Origin: Candidatus Gottesmanbacteria bacterium
Lineage (GTDB): Bacteria > Patescibacteriota > Microgenomatia > UBA10105 > UBA927
Assembly (NCBI GenBank): GCA_963809665.1
Contig: CAWEKC010000001.1
Coordinates: forward strand, 222,219-286,218
Length of the DNA: 64,000 nt
Direction of reading: 5' to 3'
The notes under the pieces: generated by a model
The model's input: only the letters and a program-made list of their open reading frames with translations
What the model was told of the DNA's origin: nothing
The model's database searches: none
Shown here: one piece after another, positions 47,126-57,363 of the stretch
Position numbering within the stretch: the first letter of the stretch is position 1
Layout: each line of letters starts with the position of its first letter
Translations under genes and position numbers: made by a program

Positions 47126-48639
47126 TTCTGGTTATCGATTTCGGATCGCAGACCGCACACCTTATCGGCAGACGTCTGCGGCAACTCGGTGTTGATATTC
47201 AATACGTCACTCCCGACGAAGCTCTACATACCATCCGGAAAATAAAACCAAAAGGAATAATATTGTCCGGCGGACCGTCCAGCGTGTATGACAAAGGGGC
47301 TCCAGCAATCTCCGGAAAAATATTTTCTTTCCATATTCCCCTATTGGGCATTTGTTACGGGTGGCAACTCATGGCTTTAAAACTCGGCGGAATCGTAAAA
47401 AATACGGCAAAGGAGTATGGACTGCAAACGCTGTCTCTGGTATCGCCCAGAGGAATATTTGCCCTGCCGAAAACAGAATTCCGGGTCATCGTCTCACACG
47501 GCGATACCGTCACCAAACTTCCGGACGGATTTATCGTAGCGGGATCAACACAGAAAGTACTCCATACTGCCGTCGTAAACCAACAGGATAAATTATTCGG
47601 TGTTCAATTCCACCCCGAGGCGGATCATACCCAATACGGACAGGAACTTTTACGGAATTTTGCCGTTAACATATGCGGAGAAATTCCGCATCCGCTGCAA
47701 TTGAATCCCAAAAAAATGACTGCGGAAATTGCAGCGGCCGTCGGGGATAAAAAAGTCATCTGTGCAGTATCCGGCGGTGTAGATTCCACCGTCGCCGCAT
47801 TCCTTATCGGTAAGGCAATTGGAAAAAACCTCATCCCGGTATATGTTGAAAGCGGTTTAATGCGCCCCGATACCGATAAAAAGGTCCGGTATATTTTTAC
47901 AAAACTTATCCATGCGCGCCTTGTCATCGTACAGGCAGAAAAAAGATTTCTTGATGCCCTCCGGGGAATAACCGATCCCGAAACGAAACGCAAAACCGTC
48001 GGGAAATTATATGTTGATATATTTCAGGAGCTGGCAAAAAAACACAAAGGCGCAGCATTCCTCGGACAGGGAACAATTTATTCCGACGTCATAGAATCCA
48101 AGGGGAGCAAGCATGCTTCACATATTAAATCCCATCACAACGTCGGAGGTCTTCCCGCATCACTGCACATGAAACTTATCGAACCGCTTCGTCATTTATA
48201 TAAAGATGAAGTTCGGCAGATCGGCAGGCTTGCGGGATTACCGGATGATATAGTCAGCGTACATCCGTTCCCCGGTCCCGGATTTGCTATCCGCATCCGC
48301 GGGGAGGTTACCCAAAAACGCCTTGCACAGGTAAAACAGGCGGATGCTATCGTTCTTGAAGAAATTAAAAATGCGGGTTTATATGAAAACATGTTCCAAT
48401 GTTTTGCCGTCATGACAGGAGCGTACTCAACGGCAGTGAAAGGTGACGGCCGGGTATTTGCCGAAGTAATAGCCATTCGTGCATACGAATCGCGCGACGT
48501 AATGACGAGCCGGTGGGCGCGCCTTCCCTACGATGTGTTGGCGGCAATTTCATCGCGGATTGTCAACGAAGTGCCGGATGTTTCCCGTGTGGTGTACGAT
48601 ATCACCACCAAACCCCCTGCGACAATGGAATGGGAATAA
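47122..48639 (+). CDS. guaA: GMP synthase (glutamine-hydrolysing)
   Basis: GATase N-terminus (ILVIDFGSQTAHLIGRRLRQLGV, ICYGWQ), the ATP-PPase SGGVDS motif, and a C-terminal dimerisation domain. Confidence 0.9.
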   Translation: MILVIDFGSQTAHLIGRRLRQLGVDIQYVTPDEALHTIRKIKPKGIILSGGPSSVYDKGAPAISGKIFSFHIPLLGICYGWQLMALKLGGIVKNTAKEYGLQTLSLVSPRGIFALPKTEFRVIVSHGDTVTKLPDGFIVAGSTQKVLHTAVVNQQDKLFGVQFHPEADHTQYGQELLRNFAVNICGEIPHPLQLNPKKMTAEIAAAVGDKKVICAVSGGVDSTVAAFLIGKAIGKNLIPVYVESGLMRPDTDKKVRYIFTKLIHARLVIVQAEKRFLDALRGITDPETKRKTVGKLYVDIFQELAKKHKGAAFLGQGTIYSDVIESKGSKHASHIKSHHNVGGLPASLHMKLIEPLRHLYKDEVRQIGRLAGLPDDIVSVHPFPGPGFAIRIRGEVTQKRLAQVKQADAIVLEEIKNAGLYENMFQCFAVMTGAYSTAVKGDGRVFAEVIAIRAYESRDVMTSRWARLPYDVLAAISSRIVNEVPDVSRVVYDITTKPPATMEWE

Positions 48640-48640
48640 A

Positions 48641-50125
48641 TTACTGCGGTTTATTGAGGACAACGGGCTTGAGGCGCGAAAGGGCTTCCAATGAATACCG
48701 TACGCCCTGCACACCGAGGCCGGAATGTTTGACTCCCAAGAACGGAAAATGGTCAGGGCCCCGCTGGGGCGAACCGTTTATCTGTACCGTGCCGACGTTC
48801 AGCGATTTTGCATAGACTATTCCCGTTCCCTCATCCTTGGTAAATACACAGGCCTGCAGCCCGAACCGGGTTTGATTTATTATCGTTGCCGCGTCTCCCA
48901 TATTCGTTATTTCAATAAACGATACCACCGGACCGAATACTTCGTTAACCACAACCGGCATCGCAGGCGCAACTCCCGTCAGTATTGTCGGTTCAATAGT
49001 GGCTTTATCGTGTTTCCCGCCAACCACAATTTTTGCACCAAGCTTCACTGATTCATCAATCCATCCCTGAATCTTTTCGGCAACTTGCGGGGAAATTACG
49101 GGTCCAACGAGTTTCGTTTCAGGACTCCTCGGATCCCCGACGTGAATTAATTCTTTCATCTGAGCCAAAACCACAGGAAGAAGTGCGTCGAGAACTCCCT
49201 TTGTCCCCAATACATATTTAATCGCGGTGCACCGCTGACCGGCGTACGAGAACCCCCCTTTCACAATTTCTTTAGCGGTGAGATTCATATCCGCATCAGG
49301 AAATACGACCGCCGGATTATTGCCGCCGCACTCAAACAGTAACGGTTTCATCGGAGCTTTTCCGGCAATCGCCACACCGGTGTCGGAACTTCCGGTAAAC
49401 GCCACGGCGTCTACCTGTTTGTGGGAAACTAAATAATCTCCGATTTCGTTGCCGCCGCCTGTCACACAGGCAATAACATCAGGCGGAATTCCTGCTTTTT
49501 CAAATATACGCGCAAGGTGAACACCGCTTATCCCCCCTTGGGTCGGTGGTTTAAACAAAACCGTATTTCCCATAAGCAGTGCCGGCACAATTTTACTGGC
49601 CGCAAGGTTTACCGGATAATTAAACGGTGCAATACACAGAACAACGCCGTGCGCCACCCGCTCAACCATCGCCGTCGTACCTTTGTCATACCCGGGGAAA
49701 TCATCACTATTGATTGTTTCACCGTGAATTGACTGCACTTCATCGGCAAAATAATCGGTAAGATCCGCGGTCCGAACAATTTCACTTTTGGATTCACTCA
49801 CGGACTTGCCGATCTCGCGGACGAGTAATGTTGTGAGATATTCCTCGTAGTGCCTCACCCAATCGGCGACCAGATGCATGATCTTTACGCGTTGATTGAG
49901 GGGTTTGGCTTCCCACGCGGGTTGCGCGGCTTTTAATTTTTTTAATATGTCGTCAATTTCTGCTGCGGTTGCTACAGGGAGGTTACCAACAGCACTTTGG
50001 TCAATGGGAGAAATTATAGGAGTTGTTTTTCCGCCTGTCCCGCTTACCCACGCAGACCCGTTAAAGAATTTATATGTCGGCGGGGTTTTTGTATCGGAAA
50101 GTTGATCAAAAAATTCTTCGGGCAT
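48641..50125 (-). CDS. NAD(P)-dependent aldehyde dehydrogenase (GapN-like non-phosphorylating type)
   Basis: FNYPVNLAASKIVPALLMGNTVLFKP, FTGSSDTG, the catalytic-Cys motif ECGGNNP, and the EVFGPV Glu motif. Confidence 0.75.
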   Translation of the reverse strand: MPEEFFDQLSDTKTPPTYKFFNGSAWVSGTGGKTTPIISPIDQSAVGNLPVATAAEIDDILKKLKAAQPAWEAKPLNQRVKIMHLVADWVRHYEEYLTTLLVREIGKSVSESKSEIVRTADLTDYFADEVQSIHGETINSDDFPGYDKGTTAMVERVAHGVVLCIAPFNYPVNLAASKIVPALLMGNTVLFKPPTQGGISGVHLARIFEKAGIPPDVIACVTGGGNEIGDYLVSHKQVDAVAFTGSSDTGVAIAGKAPMKPLLFECGGNNPAVVFPDADMNLTAKEIVKGGFSYAGQRCTAIKYVLGTKGVLDALLPVVLAQMKELIHVGDPRSPETKLVGPVISPQVAEKIQGWIDESVKLGAKIVVGGKHDKATIEPTILTGVAPAMPVVVNEVFGPVVSFIEITNMGDAATIINQTRFGLQACVFTKDEGTGIVYAKSLNVGTVQINGSPQRGPDHFPFLGVKHSGLGVQGVRYSLEALSRLKPVVLNKPQ

Positions 50126-50135
50126 GGTACATCCA

Positions 50136-50840
50136 TCATATCACGATCCGTTTGACCATACACAGAGATGTTGCGCCGTTACTTCCCGCGGCTTTTGCCG
50201 TATCTGTCAATGTGTCCAATGCAGTAGTGAGCGACGCTGTTGTCACCTCCACCTTTTCCAAAATACCCCGCATTTCTTCCTCACTCACATAATTGGCTAT
50301 ACTGTCACTGAGAAGAAGAAGGATGTCGTTCTCTAAAAATTTCTCCGAGTGTGTCGCGGGAATAAGCTGATGACGTGCAAATCCGACTGCTTTGGTAAGC
50401 ATTCCGTCCTCATCTACATCGCGGAGGGTAAGAAGATCGATAAGTCCTTCACGGTACAAATACGTATTGCTGTTTCCGGCTGACCCGAGCCAAAAATAAT
50501 CTTCTATGACGATGAGCACTGAGAGCGCGGCGGCCAACCCCGCATCGAATCCTGGATCACGGCGCTTCTGCCAAAGCCTGAGATTTGTAGACCTGAATAT
50601 TCGTTTTAAAAACGATAACTTTCCTTTCCAGTAGAACGGCCGCTGGCGGACCATCCTGTATGCCCAGAGAGCCGTCTCTCGGGTCAATTGTTCCGCTTCC
50701 AGCGCATGCGGCAGACCGGGGTACCCGTCGGCAATGATGAAACACTCGTCCTGCGAATGAACGAAGTTTTTTCCGGCATACAAAATAACGTCTTTAGGTT
50801 TCCCGGAACGGGGTATCACGAAAAAATCGTCGGGTTTCAT
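50136..50840 (-). CDS. PP2C/SpoIIE-like phosphatase domain protein (possibly degenerate)
   Basis: FIIADGYPG (in place of the DG.GG motif), LGSAGNSNTYLYREG, and LLLLSDSIANYVSEEEM, arranged PP2C-like. Confidence 0.45.
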   Translation of the reverse strand: MKPDDFFVIPRSGKPKDVILYAGKNFVHSQDECFIIADGYPGLPHALEAEQLTRETALWAYRMVRQRPFYWKGKLSFLKRIFRSTNLRLWQKRRDPGFDAGLAAALSVLIVIEDYFWLGSAGNSNTYLYREGLIDLLTLRDVDEDGMLTKAVGFARHQLIPATHSEKFLENDILLLLSDSIANYVSEEEMRGILEKVEVTTASLTTALDTLTDTAKAAGSNGATSLCMVKRIVI

Positions 50841-51454
50841 TATGCGAGAGCCTGGAACCGCTTAGTGACCTCAGTCCAGTTCACCACATTCCACCACGCT
50901 TTTATATACTCCACCCGCATATTCTGATATTTAAGATAGTATGCGTGTTCCCACACATCGATCGTAAGTATCGGAGTTTTCCCATCGTTCACCGGACTGT
51001 CCTGATTGGATGTATCGGTGATAATCAATTGCCCCTTATCGGCAACTAACCAGGCCCAACCGCTACCGAAATGATTAAGAGCTATAGAGCTGAATTGCTC
51101 CTGAAATTTTTCGAAACCTCCAAATGTGGTATTGATAGCGGTGGCAATATCACCCACGGGACCCACCCCGCTGCTCGCGAGCGGCGGGGCCATTATTGTC
51201 CAAAAGAAACTGTGATTTGCGTGACCGCCTCCGTTGTTTTTTACTTTCGTGCGGATAGCTTCCGGCACGCGGGATAAATCTGCGATAAGTTTCTCTACAG
51301 GCAGTGCCAAAAGTTCATTTTGACCCAAAAGCACATCGTTGAGATTTTTCACATAGGTTGCATGATGCTTATCGTGATGGATATGCATCGTCGTTTCATC
51401 AATGTACGGCTCCAGCGCGTTGTACGCGTATGGTAAATCCGGAAGAGTAAACAT
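50840..51454 (-). CDS. sod: Fe/Mn superoxide dismutase
   Basis: [25 protein letters not shown] and DVWEHAYYL. Confidence 0.9.
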   Translation of the reverse strand: MFTLPDLPYAYNALEPYIDETTMHIHHDKHHATYVKNLNDVLLGQNELLALPVEKLIADLSRVPEAIRTKVKNNGGGHANHSFFWTIMAPPLASSGVGPVGDIATAINTTFGGFEKFQEQFSSIALNHFGSGWAWLVADKGQLIITDTSNQDSPVNDGKTPILTIDVWEHAYYLKYQNMRVEYIKAWWNVVNWTEVTKRFQALA

Positions 51455-51530
51455 AGGGTACCTCCTTTTATATACGAATATTTGTGTCTATATTATACTA
51501 CACACTGTCATGTTCCATTCTTGATATAAT

Positions 51531-53798
51531 ATGCACATGAATCGCCCGATCAGCTCACGGCTAAAAAGCAATACCGCTAAAATCAAAAATTATTTACTAA
51601 AACCTACGGGTAGAAAACGGAGGAAAAAAATTCCCCGCTGGGCATGGGCGTTCTGGGCCTTACCCTTTCTTATGGTGTTACTGTCGTATCTTTTAATCTT
51701 TAAAGATCTCCCGTCACCTGCAAAATTAGCACAGTACAATATTCCTATTTCAACAAAAATTTATGACAGGAACGGCCAATTGCTGTTTGACATTTATGCC
51801 GACCAGAACCGTTCACCTGTTCCGCTATCCGAAATTCCTAAGTACCTGCAGCAAGCGACGATTTCCATTGAAGACAAAAACTTCTATCAGCATCAGGGAG
51901 TCAATATCATCGGCGGCATGCTGCGTGCACTTGCTGCGGATATTACGCGCGGACAGTTACAGGGTGGCTCGACCATTACCCAGCAATTGGTAAAATCCGC
52001 CCTTCTGTCTCCTGAGCGCACTGTCACGCGTAAAATCAAAGAGATTATTCTCGCGTTATGGGTGGAAGCGTTGTATCCCAAAGATAAAATACTGGAACTG
52101 TATCTCAATCAGGTCCCCTACGGGGGTACTGCCTGGGGCGTGGAGTCGGCAAGTGAGCAATATTTCGGTAAAAAAGTCGAGAACCTGACACTTGCGGAGG
52201 CCGCACTTTTGGCAGGACTGCCGCAGGCTCCGACACAATATTCCCCGTTCGGAGCACACCCGGATCTTGCCGTAACCCGCCAGAAAGAAGTGCTCGCGCG
52301 TATGGTCGAAGATAAGTATATAACTCACGAGCAGGCGGATCAGGCCGCAACCCAGCCGCTGGTGTTTAAAAACGAAACCGGCATCAAAGCCCCCCATTTT
52401 GTCATGTATGTCAGAGAACAATTGGTACAAAAGTACGGAGAAGCACTGGTGGCAAAAGGAGGGTTGAAAGTTACGACCACACTGGACCTGGATCTTCAGG
52501 ATTATGCCCAGGCAACCGTTGCCGCGGAGGTAGCAAAATTAAAAACGTATCACGTGACCAACGGCGCAGCACTCATTACCAAGCCCGCAACAGGAGAAAT
52601 ACTGGCTATGGTCGGTAGTGTGGATTATTTTGCATCACCGTCGGGAAATTATAACGTCGTTACGGCACTGCGCCAACCCGGATCCAGCATCAAACCCATT
52701 AACTACGCAATAGGTCTGGAAAAACATATCGTGACTCCGGCTACCATGTTTATTGACGAACCGACCTGTTTCGGAATCGGTCCCGGAAAACCCGCATACT
52801 GCCCCGTCAATTACGACGGAAAATTTCACGGTCCTGTACAACTGCGGATGGCACTGGGCAATTCATTTAATATTCCTGCGGTTAAAATGCTCTACATGAA
52901 TACCGTGACCGACATGGTTGCCTCCGCCAGCGCCTTCGGCATTACGACATTTAAGGATCCCAGCCAATACGGACTATCACTCACATTGGGAGGCGGGGAT
53001 ATCCACATGACCGACATGGCAACGGCATTCGGCGTATTTGCCAACGGCGGGATACGGCACGATCTCGTGTCCATTCTCAAAGTGGTCGATAAAAACGGCA
53101 AAGTACTTGAGGAATATAAAGACCCGAATTTAGGAAAAGACATCCCGTCACAGCTTCTCATGACGGGGCCCAGGGTATTATCCGCCGAAACCGCATTCCT
53201 TATTTCCCACATTCTTCTTGACAATAATGCGCGTCAGCAGGAATTCGGCGCTGCCTCAGAGCTCTATATTCCCAACCGCGCCGTGTCAGTGAAAACCGGA
53301 ACAACCAACGATCTCCGCGACAACTGGACCATCGGGTTCACGCCGCAGGTACTCGTCGCCACATGGGTAGGAAACAACGATAATTCACCCATGAATCCAT
53401 ATCTCGTGTCGGGCATCACCGGTGCGGCTCCCATCTGGCATATACTTATGGTGGAGGCCTTAGCGGGTAAACCGGACATCTGGCCTAAACAACCCGACGG
53501 CATTGTCGGTGCACAGGTCTGTGTTATAACCGGCCTGCTGCCTCCAAACCCCGACCCCAATGCAGGAGATAAGGGGTGCGCGACACGATTTGAATACTTT
53601 ATTAAGGGAACTATCCCTACCCAACGGGAAAATCTCAAACAATCGGTACTTATCGATAAAGATACCGGCGATCTCGTTGAGCCCAATAAACCAAATGCAA
53701 ACGTGGAAATGCAGGATCATCAGGTAATAAGCGATGGTATATCACGCTGGTGCCTGGATTGCCAGCATCCCGCAGGAAAGTCCGTATTTATTAAATAA
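51531..53798 (+). CDS. Class A penicillin-binding protein (GT51 transglycosylase plus transpeptidase), copy 1
   Basis: EDKNFYQHQGVN (GT51), then PGSSIKP (SxxK), then KTGTTND (KTG). Confidence 0.85.
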   Translation: MHMNRPISSRLKSNTAKIKNYLLKPTGRKRRKKIPRWAWAFWALPFLMVLLSYLLIFKDLPSPAKLAQYNIPISTKIYDRNGQLLFDIYADQNRSPVPLSEIPKYLQQATISIEDKNFYQHQGVNIIGGMLRALAADITRGQLQGGSTITQQLVKSALLSPERTVTRKIKEIILALWVEALYPKDKILELYLNQVPYGGTAWGVESASEQYFGKKVENLTLAEAALLAGLPQAPTQYSPFGAHPDLAVTRQKEVLARMVEDKYITHEQADQAATQPLVFKNETGIKAPHFVMYVREQLVQKYGEALVAKGGLKVTTTLDLDLQDYAQATVAAEVAKLKTYHVTNGAALITKPATGEILAMVGSVDYFASPSGNYNVVTALRQPGSSIKPINYAIGLEKHIVTPATMFIDEPTCFGIGPGKPAYCPVNYDGKFHGPVQLRMALGNSFNIPAVKMLYMNTVTDMVASASAFGITTFKDPSQYGLSLTLGGGDIHMTDMATAFGVFANGGIRHDLVSILKVVDKNGKVLEEYKDPNLGKDIPSQLLMTGPRVLSAETAFLISHILLDNNARQQEFGAASELYIPNRAVSVKTGTTNDLRDNWTIGFTPQVLVATWVGNNDNSPMNPYLVSGITGAAPIWHILMVEALAGKPDIWPKQPDGIVGAQVCVITGLLPPNPDPNAGDKGCATRFEYFIKGTIPTQRENLKQSVLIDKDTGDLVEPNKPNANVEMQDHQVISDGISRWCLDCQHPAGKSVFIK

Positions 53799-53848
53799 TT
53801 TCTTTCCCCTTGTCCCGAGGCTGACGTTTGTGATATAACACACACGAT

Positions 53849-56182
53849 ATGGCGCGCCGGAAAGAGCTAAATTTAAATACCCCGCTGAGGGAGGTTACCC
53901 TTGTTTCTTTTTTGTTATTTCTTCCGCGTGTACTGATTGCTATAGGAAACGCAGTGCGCTTCATTGTATCGCTCATATTTCATGTTCTTGCGATATCAAT
54001 AGTCACCTCCGGTATTGTCATCCGCAACAGCCTACGCGCTATCCCCCGGCCCAAAAAGATACAAAAAGGCCCCGGAGTGCCTAAAATTACGGTACCGAAA
54101 ATCCGTGTACCGCACATAACGCTGCCGGTCATACATTTCCCAAAACTGCCTGCATTCAAAAAACGGTTACGGCCGCTTCCTCCGCCGCCGGCTGTCATCC
54201 GTATCTGGCCAGCCAAAACAGAACAAATAAAATCATTTATCGCAGGTATATGTGTGACGATCCTGTTTTTCTTACTACCGTATAATGCATACCAATGGCT
54301 CAAATCTCTCCCCGACCCCCAGCTGTTAACCCGGCGGGATCTGGAAGTAACGACAAAAATTTTTGACCGCACCGGTGTACTTCTATATGAAATTTATACT
54401 GATCAGAACCGCACGCCCCTGCCGCTGGCGCAAATTCCCAAACTCATGCAGGAAGCAACCATCGCCATCGAGGATAAAAACTTTTATCAGCATCCGGGAT
54501 TTTCAGTTACCGGTATTATACGGGCGGCACGTGAAACACTCCTCAACAAACAGATTCAGGGAGGCTCAACCATTACGCAGCAGCTTATAAAATCCGCCCT
54601 GCTGACACCTGAAGTAAGCATCCCGCGGAAAGTAAAAGAAATCATTCTTGCGTTTTGGGCAGAACGCCTGTACAGCAAAAATCAGATTCTTGAAATGTAT
54701 TTAAATCAGGTGCCGTACGGCGGTACTGCTTGGGGTATAGAAGCCGCCAGCCAGACCTATTTCGGAACGCCGGTGGGCTCACTTAACCTGGCACAGATGG
54801 CAATCCTTGCCGGACTGCCGGCAGCACCTTCGGAATATTCCCCGTTCAACTCTCATCCGGAAAAAGCATTTGAGCGGCAGAAAGAAGTACTCCGTAGGAT
54901 GACGGAAGACAACTATATTACCCCCCAGCAGGAACAAGAGGCGCTTGCCACACCGATTAAATTTACGACTCCCCGTATTCCTATCCGGGCTCCGCATTTC
55001 GTCATGTATGTGAAGGATTTACTCGAACAACAGTATGGCCCTCGGTTGGTTGAACAAGGGGGTCTGCGGATTACCACATCGCTGGATATTACGATGCAGG
55101 AAAAAGCGGAAAATATAGTGCGTACCCAAATAGAGTCGCTTGCGGGCCTGCGGGTCGGGAACGGCGCGGCTTTGGTCACAGATCCGGCGACCGGAGAAAT
55201 ACTTGCCATGGTCGGGAGTCATGATTATTTCGACACAGCAAACGACGGCAACGTCAATGTCACGACGAGTCTTCGCCAACCGGGGTCAAGCATTAAAGTC
55301 GTCAATTACTCGGCGGCGCTCGAAAACGGATTTACCGCGGCAACAATTCTTGACGATTCTCCGGTGGTCTATCAGACCGCAGGTAGCCCGCCGTACGCTC
55401 CTGTTAATTACGACGGAAAATTCCACGGCTCAGTCCCGCTGCGGTATGCCTTAGGCAATTCCTATAACGTACCTGCCGTCAAAACGCTCGCAAAAATCGG
55501 GGTGTCCGCGATGGTTGAAAAGGGGCAAGCAATGGGTATCAGCTCATGGACGGATCCGGGCAGATTCGGGCTTTCACTCACACTGGGCGGCGGAGACGTC
55601 ACCATGCTTGATATGGCTAGGGTGTTCGGGACACTTGCCAACAACGGATCACGGATGGACCTCCAGCCGATTCTGGAAATCACCGATTATTCAGGCCACG
55701 TATTGGAAAAAAATACAAAGAAAACCGGGGTTGCTGCCGTGAAAGCAGGGGTTGCATGGATAATCAGCAACATATTAAGCGATAATTCTGCGCGTACTGC
55801 AGCATTTGGTCCCAACTCAAGTCTTGTTATCCCCGGGAAAACCGTATCGGTTAAAACCGGAACGACAGACAGCAAACGGGATAACTGGACCATCGGATAT
55901 ACTCCGTCTCTTCTGACTGTTGTCTGGGTGGGCAATAATAACAATGCGCCGATGGATCCGCAGCTGACATCCGGAGTCACGGGTGCAGCCCCGATCTGGC
56001 ATGACCTTATGGCGGAATTTTTGAAAGATAAACCCAATGAAGTGGCTGCAAAACCGGATGATGTGATTTCCGTTCCCTGCTACTTTAACCGTACGGAGTA
56101 TTTCATCAAGGGCACGGAACCGGTAGGAGGCAAATGTGCACCGATCCCCACACCGTCACCAACGCCGACTCCGGGCGGCTGA
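53849..56182 (+). CDS. Class A penicillin-binding protein, copy 2 (tandem paralogue)
   Basis: EDKNFYQHPGF, PGSSIKV, KTGTTDS. It has a longer N-terminal membrane region and a C-terminal PTPSPTPTPGG tail. Confidence 0.85.
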   Translation: MARRKELNLNTPLREVTLVSFLLFLPRVLIAIGNAVRFIVSLIFHVLAISIVTSGIVIRNSLRAIPRPKKIQKGPGVPKITVPKIRVPHITLPVIHFPKLPAFKKRLRPLPPPPAVIRIWPAKTEQIKSFIAGICVTILFFLLPYNAYQWLKSLPDPQLLTRRDLEVTTKIFDRTGVLLYEIYTDQNRTPLPLAQIPKLMQEATIAIEDKNFYQHPGFSVTGIIRAARETLLNKQIQGGSTITQQLIKSALLTPEVSIPRKVKEIILAFWAERLYSKNQILEMYLNQVPYGGTAWGIEAASQTYFGTPVGSLNLAQMAILAGLPAAPSEYSPFNSHPEKAFERQKEVLRRMTEDNYITPQQEQEALATPIKFTTPRIPIRAPHFVMYVKDLLEQQYGPRLVEQGGLRITTSLDITMQEKAENIVRTQIESLAGLRVGNGAALVTDPATGEILAMVGSHDYFDTANDGNVNVTTSLRQPGSSIKVVNYSAALENGFTAATILDDSPVVYQTAGSPPYAPVNYDGKFHGSVPLRYALGNSYNVPAVKTLAKIGVSAMVEKGQAMGISSWTDPGRFGLSLTLGGGDVTMLDMARVFGTLANNGSRMDLQPILEITDYSGHVLEKNTKKTGVAAVKAGVAWIISNILSDNSARTAAFGPNSSLVIPGKTVSVKTGTTDSKRDNWTIGYTPSLLTVVWVGNNNNAPMDPQLTSGVTGAAPIWHDLMAEFLKDKPNEVAAKPDDVISVPCYFNRTEYFIKGTEPVGGKCAPIPTPSPTPTPGG

Positions 56183-56184
56183 TA

Positions 56185-56409
56185 TTATTTCGACGGAACC
56201 CCGCCTTTTTCCAATCCGTTTCCCGTGCTTCCGGTAATATTTTCCGGCGATCCCAGATTCGAACCTGCCGGTGTCGGAGTTCCCTGTACGGTTTTGTTTA
56301 CCGTTGCCGGCGTAACGGTTCTTCCTTTGAAATAAAACCATCCGATAAGTACTGCCGCAGCAAATAATACGAGCCCGAGAAAAATCCTGTTATTCATGTA
56401 TATAGTCAC
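56185..56409 (-). CDS. Small secreted/membrane protein, hypothetical
   Basis: 74-aa ORF with an N-terminal hydrophobic segment. Confidence 0.25.
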   Translation of the reverse strand: MTIYMNNRIFLGLVLFAAAVLIGWFYFKGRTVTPATVNKTVQGTPTPAGSNLGSPENITGSTGNGLEKGGVPSK

Positions 56410-56414
56410 CTCCC

Positions 56415-56885
56415 CTACGTATATCTGTCCGCTACTTTACTGGCTGCATAACTCTCCGGTTTAATTTTCACCCGGTATCCTGACCCTCTGATCATACCGG
56501 TGATTTCATTGATCATCTCGTGCGTATCGCCGAATTTGCCGATATCTACGTGGATCTCGACATCATATTTCGTGATGCCGTCCCGGTGCAGTAACGCCAA
56601 TACTATCTCTGCCATTTCCAAGGACATCGTTGCTTCTTCATACATACGGTCTCGGAGCACATAATGTTTCTTATTCACCGTCCGTTTCCAGAAGTATATC
56701 CCGCCGGTACCAAGCCGGTGAATGACGATTGCCGTGACAAAATCCACGCCTGACCCGTTATGCGGTTGAGAATCGGTCCCGACCACAAGTTCATATTTTC
56801 TTTCGGGATCTTTTGCGAGGAACAGGAGAATTTTTTCCCTGACTTGGGCCAGCTCAAGCTCCCCGTATGTGGGACTCTGGAACAT
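56415..56885 (-). CDS. DUF458/YkuK-like RNase H-fold protein
   Basis: ELVVGTDSQPHNGSGVDFVTAIVIHRLGTGGIYFWKR resembles the YkuK family core. Confidence 0.45.
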   Translation of the reverse strand: MFQSPTYGELELAQVREKILLFLAKDPERKYELVVGTDSQPHNGSGVDFVTAIVIHRLGTGGIYFWKRTVNKKHYVLRDRMYEEATMSLEMAEIVLALLHRDGITKYDVEIHVDIGKFGDTHEMINEITGMIRGSGYRVKIKPESYAASKVADRYT

Positions 56886-56905
56886 AAGAAGGCTATTGTA
56901 CCACC

Positions 56906-56930
56906 AAAAACCCCGGCTGTAACGTCGGGG
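56906..56930 (-). terminator. Rho-independent terminator downstream of the RRM gene (stem CCCCG/CGGGG, then UUUUU on the minus strand)
   Basis: Read from the sequence. It shares the 16-nt ACCACCAAAAACCCCG motif with the terminator at 59170-59207. Confidence 0.6.
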
Positions 56931-56960
56931 TAGTTGGTTAATACACGTAATAACTATTCG

Positions 56961-57227
56961 TTATTGTCGTGGTCGCTCTTCGCGAGGTCTCGCTTCGTTT
57001 ACGACCAATGCTCGGCCTTCAACGTCTTTGCCATTGAACATTTCAATAGCTTTCTTTGATTCCTCTTCGGATGCCATTTCGACAAATCCGAAACCGCGTG
57101 ACCGTCCAGAATATTTATCTGAGATCACTTTGGCGCTCGTGACAGTGCCAGCTTCCGCAAATAATTGCGCAAGTTTGTCATTGTCCATAGCATAGGGAAG
57201 ATTCCCTACAAATAGATTAGTTGCCAT
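56961..57227 (-). CDS. RRM-domain RNA-binding protein (Rbp/glycine-rich-type)
   Basis: RNP2 NLFVGNL, then RNP1 RGFGFVEM; 88 aa. Confidence 0.8.
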   Translation of the reverse strand: MATNLFVGNLPYAMDNDKLAQLFAEAGTVTSAKVISDKYSGRSRGFGFVEMASEEESKKAIEMFNGKDVEGRALVVNEARPREERPRQ

Positions 57228-57230
57228 ATG

Positions 57231-57285
57231 GGACTCCTTTCTCCTTAGGACTTAAAGGTGAGATATCTCGCCTAAAGAGAAAGTC
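57231..57285 (-). promoter_or_regulatory. 5'UTR stem-loop that pairs an AAGGAG/GGAG Shine-Dalgarno region with an upstream GACUUUCUCUUUAGG segment, ending 3 nt before the RRM gene AUG
   Basis: 13-bp stem with one G-U pair, plus 2 closing bp. An extended -10 (TGgTATACT, 57346-57354) about 110 nt upstream suggests a long leader. Confidence 0.45.
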
Positions 57286-57363
57286 AAGAGGTTTAATTCT
57301 CACTTTCACAGGACGGTTCCACACTTCTTTCCTAGGTCAACAAGGAGTATACCACATAGGGAG

